A stretch of DNA of 63,435 bases, the filler included, from Klebsormidium nitens (Eukaryota; Plantae; Klebsormidiophyceae), in NCBI GenBank assembly GCA_000708835.1. It is 5 parts of 5 records of this genome, joined end to end, with 100 filler letters (N's around TTAATTAATTAA, not from the genome) between each part and the next. Parts side by side here need not be neighbours in the genome. Positions count along the whole stretch, not along the records: positions 15,067 to 39,337 come from DF237868.1; 4 more parts are not named here. One strand, written 5' to 3'. Of the stretch, positions 28,351-39,163 are shown one piece after another (position 1 is the first letter of the stretch; each line of letters begins with the position of its first letter). The notes beneath the pieces are model-generated. The model was not told the origin of the DNA, searched no databases, and saw only the letters and a program-made list of their open reading frames with translations. The position numbers were made by a program, and so were the translations under genes.

Positions 28351-28795
28351 ACCTCCTGCATCCTCATTAGGAGCGGCGCACCCTAGAGGACGCGCGTGCT
28401 GAGCAAGAATTTGAGCGGGTTGCGTGACGGCGGCCTATGAAACAGCTGGGGCGGACGGCGCCGCAGGTCGGCTCATAGTCGCAGGAGCGGCCCGCGGTGC
28501 GAGCGAAGGTGACTGCATCGTTCCTGGTCGCATCCCGGAATTAGCCGTGAGGCCGCCCTCGGAATTGTTAACCTGGACAGGGACGACGGGCGGAACCACC
28601 AGTACCGGCGTCCGATTGGGGGGCATCCGCAACCTGGCCCCGTGGTCGTCCAAAACATACGGTCCTTGCCGTGCCATCAAAACGGTGGGGTCGTCTGCCT
28701 CATCGTCCTCCTCCTCGTACAAATCCAGGTCGGGATCATCTTCCCACCCGAACACGGTCAGGTCCAAAACGCGAACCGTGGAAGGGTCTCCGTGC

Positions 28796-30058
28796 TCAGC
28801 GCCCTGAATCTCGAAAGTTTTTGTAGCTTTCGTACGGGGACGCCACTCCGCTGCCGTAAGTCCAATGAGCGGTGTTGGGACCGTCAATGGGCGGAAGCGG
28901 GCACTCCTGCTTGAAATGACCTGCCTTCCCGCAGTTCCAGCACGTGCGGGGACGCCCGTCTGGGCCCCGGCCTCGGCCCCTGCCCCTCCAGGGTCCGCTT
29001 CGTCCTCCGCGATCCTGGTATTGGCCGCGGTCTTGTGGGTCACGTTCTGGCTGGTTCTCCTGACGCCTGGCCGGCGGGCCAGCCTGTTGGCGCCCGTTCC
29101 CCTCGTGGTGAGGATGCGGTGAGGGGGCGCGCGCCTCTTCGTGGGCAGGCTTCTCCGATTCTACTGCAAGCCTGACAGTCCGCCTGGGGCTGCGGTCGCG
29201 CCCGGAGCGTTGCTTGACCTCCAGTTGGTGAATGATCTCCTCCGCAGCCTGTACGGCTTCGTCCATCGTGCGGTAGGTCTGGCCCAACATTCGGTCCTGC
29301 ACCTTTTCCGGAAGCGCCTTCCTGAAATAGTAGATGCGCGCACCGTCGTCCGCAATCTTGGCCTGCTCAAACATCTCGCCCATGCGAACGGAAAAGTCGT
29401 AGGCTGTCTCGCTCGTATCCATGCGCATGATGTCAATCCGGTTTAGGGAGTCCGCCATCTTGACGTGCCCGTACTGCTTGAGGAACATCCCTTTGAGCAA
29501 CTCCCAATCGTCTTGAAGCTCGCGGTCGTACCTGGCTTTGTAACCGCGCTCCTCTGCGTAGAACCACGCGCTCGCTGTCCCTGTCAGATTGTAGGCGAGG
29601 GCCATACTTTTCTGGCGGTCCGTGACGTCGCGGTTGCCACTGAATAGCATCTCGAGCGAGGAGATGAAGTTGTACGCGGCCGGGCCCATCTCGCGCTTCT
29701 GTCCCTTGAACGCGGCCACTTTGGGGGGCTGATGAATCTTCACGAGCTTGTTGGCAGGTGCTCGGACTTCCGCGGGCAGGACTGGGGCCACTGCGTAAGT
29801 AGGCGGTGGAACAAACGCGGGGCGCAGACCTGCATACTGATCTGGGGCGTAGGCAGCTTGGCCGTAGACGTTACCTGAATGTGCCATGGGTACCGCGGGG
29901 GCAGCGGGTAACTGGACCGGCGCTCCGCCCTGTGGGATATGAGTCGCGGTCACATACACTGGTGCTGGAATATGGCCTCCGGCGCTGGGCACCGGCGCAG
30001 GAGGAGGCGGGGCCCCGTGCATCACGTATGCTGGCGGGTAGACGGGTGCACCGTACAC
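28796..30058 (-). CDS. Gag (capsid-like helical domain + CCHC zinc knuckle)
   Basis: Retrotrans_gag-like segment LTGTASAWF..WELLKGMFLKQY, RGG-rich tract, and CWNCGKAGHFKQEC. Confidence 0.85.
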   Translation of the reverse strand: MYGAPVYPPAYVMHGAPPPPAPVPSAGGHIPAPVYVTATHIPQGGAPVQLPAAPAVPMAHSGNVYGQAAYAPDQYAGLRPAFVPPPTYAVAPVLPAEVRAPANKLVKIHQPPKVAAFKGQKREMGPAAYNFISSLEMLFSGNRDVTDRQKSMALAYNLTGTASAWFYAEERGYKARYDRELQDDWELLKGMFLKQYGHVKMADSLNRIDIMRMDTSETAYDFSVRMGEMFEQAKIADDGARIYYFRKALPEKVQDRMLGQTYRTMDEAVQAAEEIIHQLEVKQRSGRDRSPRRTVRLAVESEKPAHEEARAPSPHPHHEGNGRQQAGPPARRQENQPERDPQDRGQYQDRGGRSGPWRGRGRGRGPDGRPRTCWNCGKAGHFKQECPLPPIDGPNTAHWTYGSGVASPYESYKNFRDSGR

Positions 30059-31263
30059 TCCTGCAGAGACCTGACCAGCCGTCGGGCCAGGTACAACGTA
30101 AGAAGTGTCAAACGTCCCTGACTGAGCAAATCCCGCGGGCGGCGTAGGTGCGGGAGGTCTGTGCCCGGCTCCAACACCTGAGGCGGCTTCCTGGCAAACC
30201 CGCTCAGCTCCCTTGATGCTGGGGCGTACGGATAACCCCTCATCGTGGGCTGAGGCCCCTGAACCTGATCCAACAATCCTGTCGCTTCTGTGCGCCCCAC
30301 CGTGGGCGCCCTCGGTTCTGCCGCAGGTGCATTTGCTGGCGGGGGGAAGACGTACCCAGGAGCAAGGGCAATTGGGGCCTGCATATTAAACGCCGGGTAG
30401 CCATCTTCCCTCGCCCTGTACCTGATCGCTTCGACCTGAGTCTCTTGACCCTGGCCCAGGCCGCGGGTCAGTGCGCTCTGCGCTGGGGTTTCGTGTAATG
30501 CCCTGGTCGTTCCCCCGCCAAACTGCACATCGCGAGCGGTATCGTGATGCGTCAATCGCTGAGTTGCACCTGCGCCTGCGTGAATGGACGGATTGAATAG
30601 CCACTCCGGGCGAAGTCCCCGCGCCTCGCTAATAAACCCTGGTGCTCGCTGTTCTGCAGAGGCGCGCGCGGGCTGAGGGGTCAAGAAGGCAGGCCGTGCT
30701 TGTTCGAACGGGGCACCTGCATTCTGAACCTCGTTCCGCAGACTAGGTGAGCCAGTCCGCTCGTCTCTGAAGGTCTCCCGCTCGGCCCTCAGAAGTCCTC
30801 CCCGCGGGGATAGCCGAGGCCACTCCTCGTCGTCACTCGGCTCGCGCCCAATCTCGCGCGCTGAAGCGCGAACGCCTCCGCCACCTGCCTGTTGGAATGC
30901 CAAGTTCTGAGCAGCCCGCAGCTCGTCCTCCACCTTCACTTCACGTTTGGACTGAGCCTGTTGAGAAATTTGAACACCTCGAACGCGCACGTCCTGAGAT
31001 GCCATTTCCTGAGGGCCCTCAAGTGCGGTGGTGTCCCACAAGTCTTGCCTCTGGGTATGGTCACGGACTTCACCGTCCGTTCTCTCTCCCTCCCGAGCGG
31101 CTCCCATTTGGGCTGCATCTGGGGGGGGCCTGGTATCACGGGCTGGCTCTTGAGGCCCCACTTCAACGCCTGTACCGGGTTCTTGCGCAGCACCTCCGCG
31201 GAGCAGCGTTCCCTGGCGAGTAGTGATGCCAATCAACTCTGTTGGAATACCGCTGTACGCCAT
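30022..31263 (-). CDS. ORF upstream of gag (413 aa, low complexity); probably the frameshifted Gag N-terminus or an extra ORF0
   Basis: Long open frame starting with ATG about 60 nt after the leader hairpin array and overlapping the gag ORF by 37 nt in another frame. No recognisable domain. Confidence 0.5.
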   Translation of the reverse strand: MAYSGIPTELIGITTRQGTLLRGGAAQEPGTGVEVGPQEPARDTRPPPDAAQMGAAREGERTDGEVRDHTQRQDLWDTTALEGPQEMASQDVRVRGVQISQQAQSKREVKVEDELRAAQNLAFQQAGGGGVRASAREIGREPSDDEEWPRLSPRGGLLRAERETFRDERTGSPSLRNEVQNAGAPFEQARPAFLTPQPARASAEQRAPGFISEARGLRPEWLFNPSIHAGAGATQRLTHHDTARDVQFGGGTTRALHETPAQSALTRGLGQGQETQVEAIRYRAREDGYPAFNMQAPIALAPGYVFPPPANAPAAEPRAPTVGRTEATGLLDQVQGPQPTMRGYPYAPASRELSGFARKPPQVLEPGTDLPHLRRPRDLLSQGRLTLLTLYLARRLVRSLQECTVHPSTRQHT

Positions 31264-31323
31264 CTAGTTGTGGGTACTCGTCCAACTTCCCGTGCAACGG
31301 AGTCTTCAAATCTTTAACACGCT

Positions 31324-31644
31324 CCCTGCTTGACCGCAAGGCTGATCACTTTCTCCCCTGCTTGACCGCAGAAGATAAGGTCCTCCCCGCTTGACCACGG
31401 GCAGACTTCACGTCCTTCTCTGCTCGACCGCAAGAATCCTGACCTCCCCGCTTGACCACGGGCAGACCACGTTCCGCTCCACTTGACCGCGGAGTCTTCA
31501 GGTCCTTTCCTGCTTGACCGCAGGAATTACGTGCTCTCCCGCTTGACTACGGGCAGACCACGTTCAGCTCCACTTGACCGCGGAGTCTTCAGGTCCTTTC
31601 CTGCTTGACCGCAGGAATCACGTGCTCTCCCGCTTGACCACGGG
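31324..31644 (-). repeat. Array of 11 stem-loops with a conserved GGTCAA loop (element sense) in the retrotransposon 5' leader
   Basis: CT(T/C)GAC cores on the + strand at 31329, 31361, 31390, 31423, 31451, 31482, 31513, 31542, 31573, 31604 and 31633 (spacing 28-33 nt). Each is flanked by complementary arms, e.g. TTCCTGC-TTGACC-GCAGGAA. Confidence 0.9.
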
Positions 31645-32361
31645 TGTAACGATTACGACTGGTTAAGCCTAACCTCGTTNNNNNNNNNNNNNNNNNNNNN
31701 NNNNNNNNNNNNNNNNNNNNNNNNNNNNNNNNNNNNNNNNNNNNNNNNNNNNNNNNNNNNNNNNNNNNNNNNNNNNNNNNNNNNNNNNNNNNNNNNNNNN
31801 NNNNNNNNNNNNNNNNNNNNNNNNNNNNNNNNNNNNNNNNNNNNNNNNNNNNNNNNNNNNNNNNNNNNNNNNNNNNNNNNNNNNNNNNNNNNNNNNNNNN
31901 NNNNNNNNNNNNNNNNNNNNNNNNNNNNNNNNNNNNNNNNNNNNNNNNNNNNNNNNNNNNNNNNNNNNNNNNNNNNNNNNNNNNNNNNNNNNNNNNNNNN
32001 NNNNNNNNNNNNNNNNNNNNNNNNNNNNNNNNNNNNNNNNNNNNNNNNNNNNNNNNNNNNNNNNNNNNNNNNNNNNNNNNNNNNNNNNNNNNNNNNNNNN
32101 NNNNNNNNNNNNNNNNNNNNNNNNNNNNNNNNNNNNNNNNNNNNNNNNNNNNNNNNNNNNNNNNNNNNNNNNNNNNNNNNNNNNNNNNNNNNNNNNNNNN
32201 NNNNNNNNNNNNNNNNNNNNNNNNNNNNNNNNNNNNNNNNNNNNNNNNNNNNNNNNNNNNNNNNACCCGAAGAGTACACCGCGCTTCCTTCCCCGAGGGA
32301 ACAGCCTGTTCCTGAGGGAGGGAACAGCTCGGTTCACCGCTTCGGTAGTAATTATGTTACT
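31645..32361 (-). mobile_element. Gypsy 5' LTR (mostly in a gap; right boundary tentative)
   Basis: Begins TGTAACGATTACGACTGGTTAAGCCTAACCTCGTT, identical to 60870-60904. An imperfect inverted terminus GTAATTATGTTACT lies at 32348-32361. Confidence 0.6.
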
Positions 32362-32671
32362 GGCCCGCGGACAAAGCAATCAGTTCCGCATAAGATGGCA
32401 GGGAGTGCCTCGAAGCCGACGCCGACGGCTCCGAAGAGTTTCGAAGGAATGGCCACTTGAGAAGGTGCCAGCTGGGCTTTCCTCTACTGTGTACTGGTCA
32501 ACAGACCCAGAAACTCTGTTTGAAAATTGATGATCAGCGAGCACTTTCTAGGGCACTTCCCAGCCGTGTGCGCGGATTGGGGGGTGATAGCAGAGCAGCT
32601 GAGCAGCGCTATCATCGGCTATGGCGGGCTCTGCAGTCTTCCCAAAGCTTGAGCACTTCTGGGGGGGCAGA

Positions 32672-35600
32672 ATGGTGGAGCAGCATGGCGGAGTCATGCA
32701 TTACTTCTGCTCAAGCTTTGTTCCCCTGGTCGTGAAGAAGTTGAACAGCGGTGGTCCTTCCAGGCACAAGCGAACGGTTTCCCATCGACAGCGCATCTTC
32801 ATCCTCTTGCTAACCCTGTGCACTGTAGTTGGATTGCACTTCAGCTGGACTTCCCAAGAAAGTGTGAGTGTGATATAGGAGTTGCCAATATGGAGGCAAT
32901 TGTGGAGTTACAGCTACTAGTGTCACTAGTCTTTCATTGCATATGCATGCATAGGGTCTGGTGGATGGCTCCCTAATACATGCGAGCCGCTGGATTCCTG
33001 TTGTCTTCCCTTTCAACATATTTGCTCGCTTGCCCCTCAAGTCGAATAAGGCTTTTGTCAAACTCCTGCAGATTCCACGAGACAAAAACCATCTGAAACC
33101 TTGGGATAGTCAGGACAGCAGCTTGCAAAGTGCTGATTGGAGGCAGGCTTTCTTTCACTACTTCGTTCAACTGCCTATATCTTCCCTGCTGATTGCACGC
33201 AGTTATGCTGCACGTGCAAGTACGTCACAATCACAGCTACACCACCTCCATCAGCACAACCATCACATCTCACGCTTGCTGGGATCACCTCACACACTCG
33301 CTGGAGCTGAGTCAGGCCACTGGTTTGACTCATTGGAATGTGAAAAAAGCAGGTGGTTCTTCTGCACTGATGCAATCCACGGTCAAGTAGGAAATGGCTG
33401 CACCACTGTGTGTTGGGTACTGTTTTGTGAAATAAGCACTGCTGACCAGCTCTGACCACTTGTGGTTCCCACCTGCTGTGACCAATCTCACTTCATTTTG
33501 ACTATCTTTTGATCATTCACTTGTCAATGCCATGCTTCTTTTTTAGGATCAACATGAGAGCCGTGATCTCTTGGTGATTACATCTTCTAGCAATTGCGTA
33601 TCTTGGCGTTGATTTTGCTATTTATTTGCCTTCTACTCACCCATTTTTTGTTCACTTCAGGTGTCTTTATCTGTGAGCAAGGAGCCATTGCTAATCTATC
33701 AGCAGTACCACAGTGTGGGAGCTCATTCCCATCTTTACAACAGCACGTTTCTGTATCGGGGTCTCAATCAGGTCAGTTCAATCTTGCTTCCCTATGTATT
33801 TCTTCCTACAATGAAGGAGACATACTTTTTGACTGATCGTCAAAGCTCGTGTCTTCCATTAGGGAGCGACCTTTGTTCTCAATAGTGCTTGTAGGAATGA
33901 GCATTTTCCTTTGTTGCCTCTTCCCTTCGTTGACTTTCACATCATGTAGCATTGTTGTCACTTGAGTTCAGTCTTTCAACGTCATCTACTCTTTTCACAG
34001 CTTTTCCAAAAAGCTTCGACTCCGCTGACAGGACTGGCCAACGTGTGGCTTGTAAATTGCTTGCCTTCAACCACGCCCTTTATAACCATGGATTTTGGGC
34101 CACCATTTCGAACGTCAATGTTGACAGATGAGGGCCACAGAAGACACCATCATGCGTTCATTGCAGGGACATATGAGTCATAAGATATACCTCCTTAATA
34201 CTCAGAAGAGGTTGAGGTGGGCAAACAAAGCATGGGGCGATGTTGCGGAATGAAGTGACAAGTTAATACAGTGCTTAGTGGGGTTTCGAAGCTCATGATC
34301 TTGGACACTATTTTTCCTCCCGAGAACGTGGAAGTACAATTTTGCGTATTTTTGCTTGTGATGATTTGCACCGATTAACGCACCTCTGCTGCACCTAACA
34401 CGCCCGCGTCTGCAGGCGGAAGGATGCCTTCGCCCCAGCTCACGAGACTTGGACGCGGTTCCTCTTCTCAAGATCAACACCGACTCCTACTACCAGAATC
34501 TCATATGTGAATACACTGGCATCTTAGCGGTCGCCGCTCATGCAAGAGCGTTGCATCCTCGCCCCTGGGTTGGCTTTCAAAGCTGGAGGGCAGCTCAGAA
34601 GGGGGTGAGAGGAACGTCTACTTGACTGAGGTGCTGATTCGAATTGGTTGAGGGGACTGAGCGATGCATGTTCTGACAAGACGTGAGAAGGAAGCCTTGC
34701 TGCCTTCGCGTTGTCCATCAAGAGTAGTTAGCTCTCTGCAGCAGAACCCGAGTAGTTTTGTGCGTGCTTCCTATGCCTCTTCACGTCCACGCCACTTCGA
34801 CTTGCACTTACTTGTACTTCGTAGCTAGTATCTCGAAAGTACGATACAGTTTCTAGTGTCAATTTATTGCTTGCTGCTAACAACTCCCTGCGAAATAAGA
34901 TGCAGACTCAGTGCTCCCGCAAAGGTGCCTCTTTTCTTGCCAAAGCTGACTCGAACCATCGAGAATCTTTAGACAGACACTCGAGTCTTATTTTTTTATC
35001 GAAGAAAGTCCTTAAACAAAGGACGTGCTATTTTCTGTCTTTCCTCCACGATTCCTGGGTACGTTCCTCTCCGTTGAAGTTGATAAGCCAGGCCTTGAAG
35101 CAACTTCCCTTCCAATGTGTCCGGACAGTCTCCACGTCAGCATGACGCCATCCTGACCTCATGGTCTCGCCTTGCAGTTTGCTCTCCAACCACGGGCAGA
35201 AGCGTCTCTCTTGAGCGCGATTAGCAGTCGGGCGCACGGGGACGCGCTCTACTTCTGGTCGGATGGCGGGTTTCCGGGGGAGCACATCAGTGACTTTTAC
35301 GGGCATTGCAACTTCATACACGAGCACTGCAGGCAAGTGAATCGTTGTTGTTGTTCTTGAGTTACGAGGTACCTAGACGTGACAGATTGAAATGGGCGTC
35401 GCGCATTTGTTGTTCTGAGATAATTTTACGGCTATAGTCTGGGCTTCTTGGAAGAAAGGCAGTTACTTTCAAAAAAGTTGCTTGACAGAGCTGAGCGGAA
35501 AGCATGTTTCGTTTCTGTCGAACCAACCCCGTCCAAACCTGACTCCTCAGCAGCTTGCTTGTTGATCAGAATCCGGAAGAACACTCTTCCTTCTTTGAAG

Positions 35601-37737
35601 GGGACCAAGCAGTCTTCTTGACCGTTGAGACCGACAATCGAAGTTCGTCTGCTCATCATGACGATCGGAGAGACGTCCACTTCGAAGCTCGCATGGTTTT
35701 TCTGTTGGCATCTCCCGGACGGTCTCTTCGTCATCGTTTCACAACAAGTTCACATAGTCCCCTCCTCGTACCGTCCTTCGATCAGAGCAGCTTCTTCCAG
35801 TTGTGCGGACATCTCCTTTTCAATGGGTCTGCGCCCCCAGTCTCAACTCCTAAGACAGGACATAAGCTCCACGGGGATCTGAGTCAACCCGTTTACCCAC
35901 TTGTTTGCTGCAGCAGAGTCTTTGCTGACGTCACGAAAGAAGTCTTGGGTCGCCACGCTGCCGACCCAGCCGCGTACTCCGGGGCACCCCCGATGCCGGT
36001 CGACGGCGGGACGTACGCTTTCATGAGCTACTTCGTTCTGCCCACGGAGAGCCTAGTCGAGTACGCTCGTTTTGCAAAGTGAGTTCACTCCTATTCTGAC
36101 GTCAGTATGTTTTGTGATTATGCTTGGGTTGGTCGAGGCTTGAAGATTCAGCTGACAGAGATGAAGTTGGATTTTCGTAAGGAAGAGGATAAGGATAAGG
36201 ATAAGGATAAGGATATTTCGTAAGGAAGAGGCACTGCAGCGATCTTTTTGACGGGTTCGCAATGATGTTTCTTCTGTTGCCTTCGCTGCTCTGATGAGGA
36301 TCAGCCAAGTATGACGACACTGTCGTTTGTGAAAGGCGACCGTTTGAGGCCGCGTGTTGCGTTTGCCGTTGGCCCCTCTATTTGCGATTACACACGTATT
36401 TCGGTTTCGTCGCGTTCAGCCTGATGGCGCTATGCCTCTGAGCTTGATACGGATCTCCGATTTTGAAACTGCTTCGAATTTTCTTGCTGCTGTCCGCTAC
36501 CGGAACCCCTTCAGAGATTTGCCATATTCATGTTGTTTGTCGGAGGAAGCGCATCGCACTAAAGCTTCGAGGAAACCATCAGCTCTGAAACTCCAGGGTT
36601 CCGGACCTGTGAGCCTTAATCACACAGCTGTGCTCAACATGCTACTTTGCTCCGCGGCTCGAGGGGCCCACATTGGCCCAAAAACACCTGGCTAAAGTGC
36701 AAAGCGTGGAACGAATTTTTTTTGCGCGTGGCGGCCTGGCTTTTCCCAAGTTAGCTAACCTCTTCTTTCAACCACGCATACAGAGCGGCGATCGTGGCTT
36801 TGGACGACTCGTATTACTACCCGCACAAGGACGGCGGGTTCTGCATCATGGCGCACGGCGGCGGGGGAGCAGATGCTGCCTACGAGGTGAGTGTGCTGTC
36901 GCCCACCTAACGGGGACCTCTTTATCGTCCGTCGTACAGCGGTTTTGTACACGCAAATGTTAGCTGCAAGGATTCGTTGCCCCCTCTTCGAAGCCGTTGT
37001 AATTGTGAAGCTCAACCCTGCGCGAACTTTGAACGATTGAAAACTTTTTCCCTCCACCCTCCGAAGTGCTTGTCCAGAATTGGGTTTAGCGAGTACCAGG
37101 TTTGCAGGAAGACACGAACTTCAAATCTAGTTAAAATGTATTTCTTTGCAGTCGAGTCACTGTTACTGCTACATCCTGGAGCGGCTAATTAACGTGTGGG
37201 CGTACCACACTGGCAGGCGCATGATCTATGTCGACGCCACAACGGTAAGCATCCCAATGCTTTTTCTTGTAAAGCCTCTCCGTTTGTCTGATGCATTGAA
37301 CGTGCAGTCTTGCTCATACGGGCCTGTGTGGCTACGTGGCCTTGGTGACCCACTGAGTAGGAGTCCAATTGCGTTTCTTGTCGCCACGCTCGCGAGACAT
37401 GAGAGTCTGCCCAGTCACCGGCATGGTGAGAACCCCGTAGGAGTGCTGCAACGTGGATGTACTCCCTCGCAAAAGAAGAGGCAAGGACCTCATTTTCGAC
37501 CTGTGAATACATCTCTACCTATCTCTCTCGACAGGGATAGAGATTGCTGAACCTCTGATACTCTGCGTCTTGCCACAGGGGAATATGGAAGAACAGCACG
37601 CGTTATCTAATCGCACAATGTGGATGCAATGGTTTCAGCCTCCGCACTTTGAAGAGAGCCTAGAGAAATTTGAGACGTTCCATAACGAGAATGGAAACGG
37701 TCGAAACCTGTTACGGCGATTAAGTGAACAGGGATAG
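32672..37737 (+). CDS. Multi-exon type-II membrane protein, putative glycosyltransferase-associated (DUF4422-like); 5' exons uncertain
   Basis: An N-terminal TM segment (RIFILLLTLCTVVGLHF) is present. The 3' exons splice in phase: KVLKQRTCYFLSFLHDSW|FALQ..DFYGHCNFIHEHCR|VFADVTKEVL..YAFMSYFVLPTESLVEYARFAK|AAIVALDD..|SSHCYCYILERLINVWAYH..|GNMEEQ..SEQG* (TAG 37735-37737). The family call is recalled resemblance only. Confidence 0.6.
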
Positions 37738-38918
37738 ATATGGGCACCTGAGCGGTGAGGTTCACTCCACAGATGCGGATAGGCACGCCAGTCAAAGGTG
37801 TAAAAATCAGGTCTTAAGCTGCCCTTATCGTTGACTACAAGGTTTGCTACTGGACCTCCAAGGTAAAATACGGAAGAGCCGCATCGAACTTAGGACAGGG
37901 TACAGTTCAGATGCACCAGACTTGGAAAGGTTAGCGCGCGCGTGTCAGTCCTCGCTTTTAGTCTTAGACAGCAAGTTTAAGGGTTGTACGTAAGTAGCAC
38001 CAACCCTAAATCACAACAGTGCCAACTTGGCAAGACATGCGATGCAACCAATCCTGTACCAAAGCTCCAATCTATAGAAAATTGACAGTCCTAGCTCATC
38101 ACTAAGACCTTGAGAATCATAGAATCGTCGGAGCCTGCATGCCGGGGAGGGAGTAAGAATTTCATTCAAAGCTTACTCAGACTTGTCTCAGGCAGTCATA
38201 TTCGAGCTGCCCTGCCGGCATAATATGCGATTCCGGCCAGGTTCAAATTCGCGGCCGCATCCAAATCAATGCAGAGTGGTCATCTTCGCGTAGTGACGAT
38301 CATGAGTCCGATCATACATCAAGTACTAGTGTACCGGCCCTTAGTAGGTAGTAGGTAATAAGCTAGCTATCGGCGAGTGGCTTAGTGAACTGTGGAATGC
38401 ACTACCAATGCTTTTAGTACATGTGTCGGAATGATCCCATGTCGATTTAATTGAAGTGTACTGACATGTACCTAATTATTCAGCTAGTGCCATGTGCATG
38501 CCAGTGCACATATAGCTAGGTATAGCCATGCACTGACGGCGGTGCATGCAGCGCCAGGGCCTAGCTGGCGTATTGTATACGTGACTGCGGGCCGCCATGG
38601 CCGCCGGCCGCCTGCGGGTGCCGTCAGTGTGAAAGTTGGAAGCTAGGATATTGCAAGACTCAATGATCATGGCGGCAGCCTGTCGGAGCCCCGAGCTCCG
38701 AGGCTCTTGCCAGAAGTTTCCATGTGGACTCACACCAACTGTGCATCGCGCCAGCCCTTACATCTACTCAACCTGCTCTACATCATGGCATCCAATCGAG
38801 CCGCGGGGCCCCAGCGTGACGGGAGCTCATGCCAGGGCCGAAATAAACGGAAACAAATGGGTCTTGTTTCAGACCCAATGCACGTGCGTGTCAGCTCTGT
38901 ACCTTTATATGCACCAAT

Positions 38919-39163
38919 TTAATCCAGCGTTTGACCTCTCGAGTCTAGCCCAAAACCGAACGGGAAGAGCGGGTCGTATTCCTTGTCACCTACGTTCATC
39001 GGCAACTGTTCGACTCTTCGGAACCAGTTCCTTGGTAATCTCCCCGTAAACTCAACGTCTCCAAACAGTAGATCCGTCACGCCTGCTCCTTCAGAACCCG
39101 GGAGCCACGCCACGACTAGCGCGTCAATATCAGGCAGTAACGGCTCTACTGAAAGCGGACGAC
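38919..39163 (-). CDS. Last exon of a GH3 beta-glucosidase / beta-glucan exohydrolase
   Basis: [73 protein letters not shown] is the plant GH3 C-terminus. It is preceded by a CTGCAG acceptor. Upstream exons are not visible. Confidence 0.9.

Larger units (their letters stand above)
18880..32361 (-). mobile_element. Decayed Ty3/Gypsy LTR retrotransposon (gag, protease, RT, RNase H, integrase; 5' LTR at right; 3' LTR not seen)
   Basis: Domain order gag-PR-RT-RH-IN on the minus strand. An LTR boundary TGTAAC at 31645 is shared with a second copy at 60870. The element may extend left to include 15068-18459. Confidence 0.92.

Noticed and set aside
31324-31644. CRISPR-like interpretation of the leader repeat
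   Set aside because: The conserved part is only a 6-nt loop, the variable parts are related self-complementary arms rather than unique spacers, there are no cas genes, and the context is eukaryotic.
31653-32379. Long ORFs consisting of X (also 42294-43018, 43630-44494, 54305-55821)
   Set aside because: They are open only because they cross N gaps.
36173-36231. (GGATAA)n microsatellite between 16-nt direct repeats; also a 2x28 nt duplication near 57984-58037
   Set aside because: Ordinary intronic slippage products.
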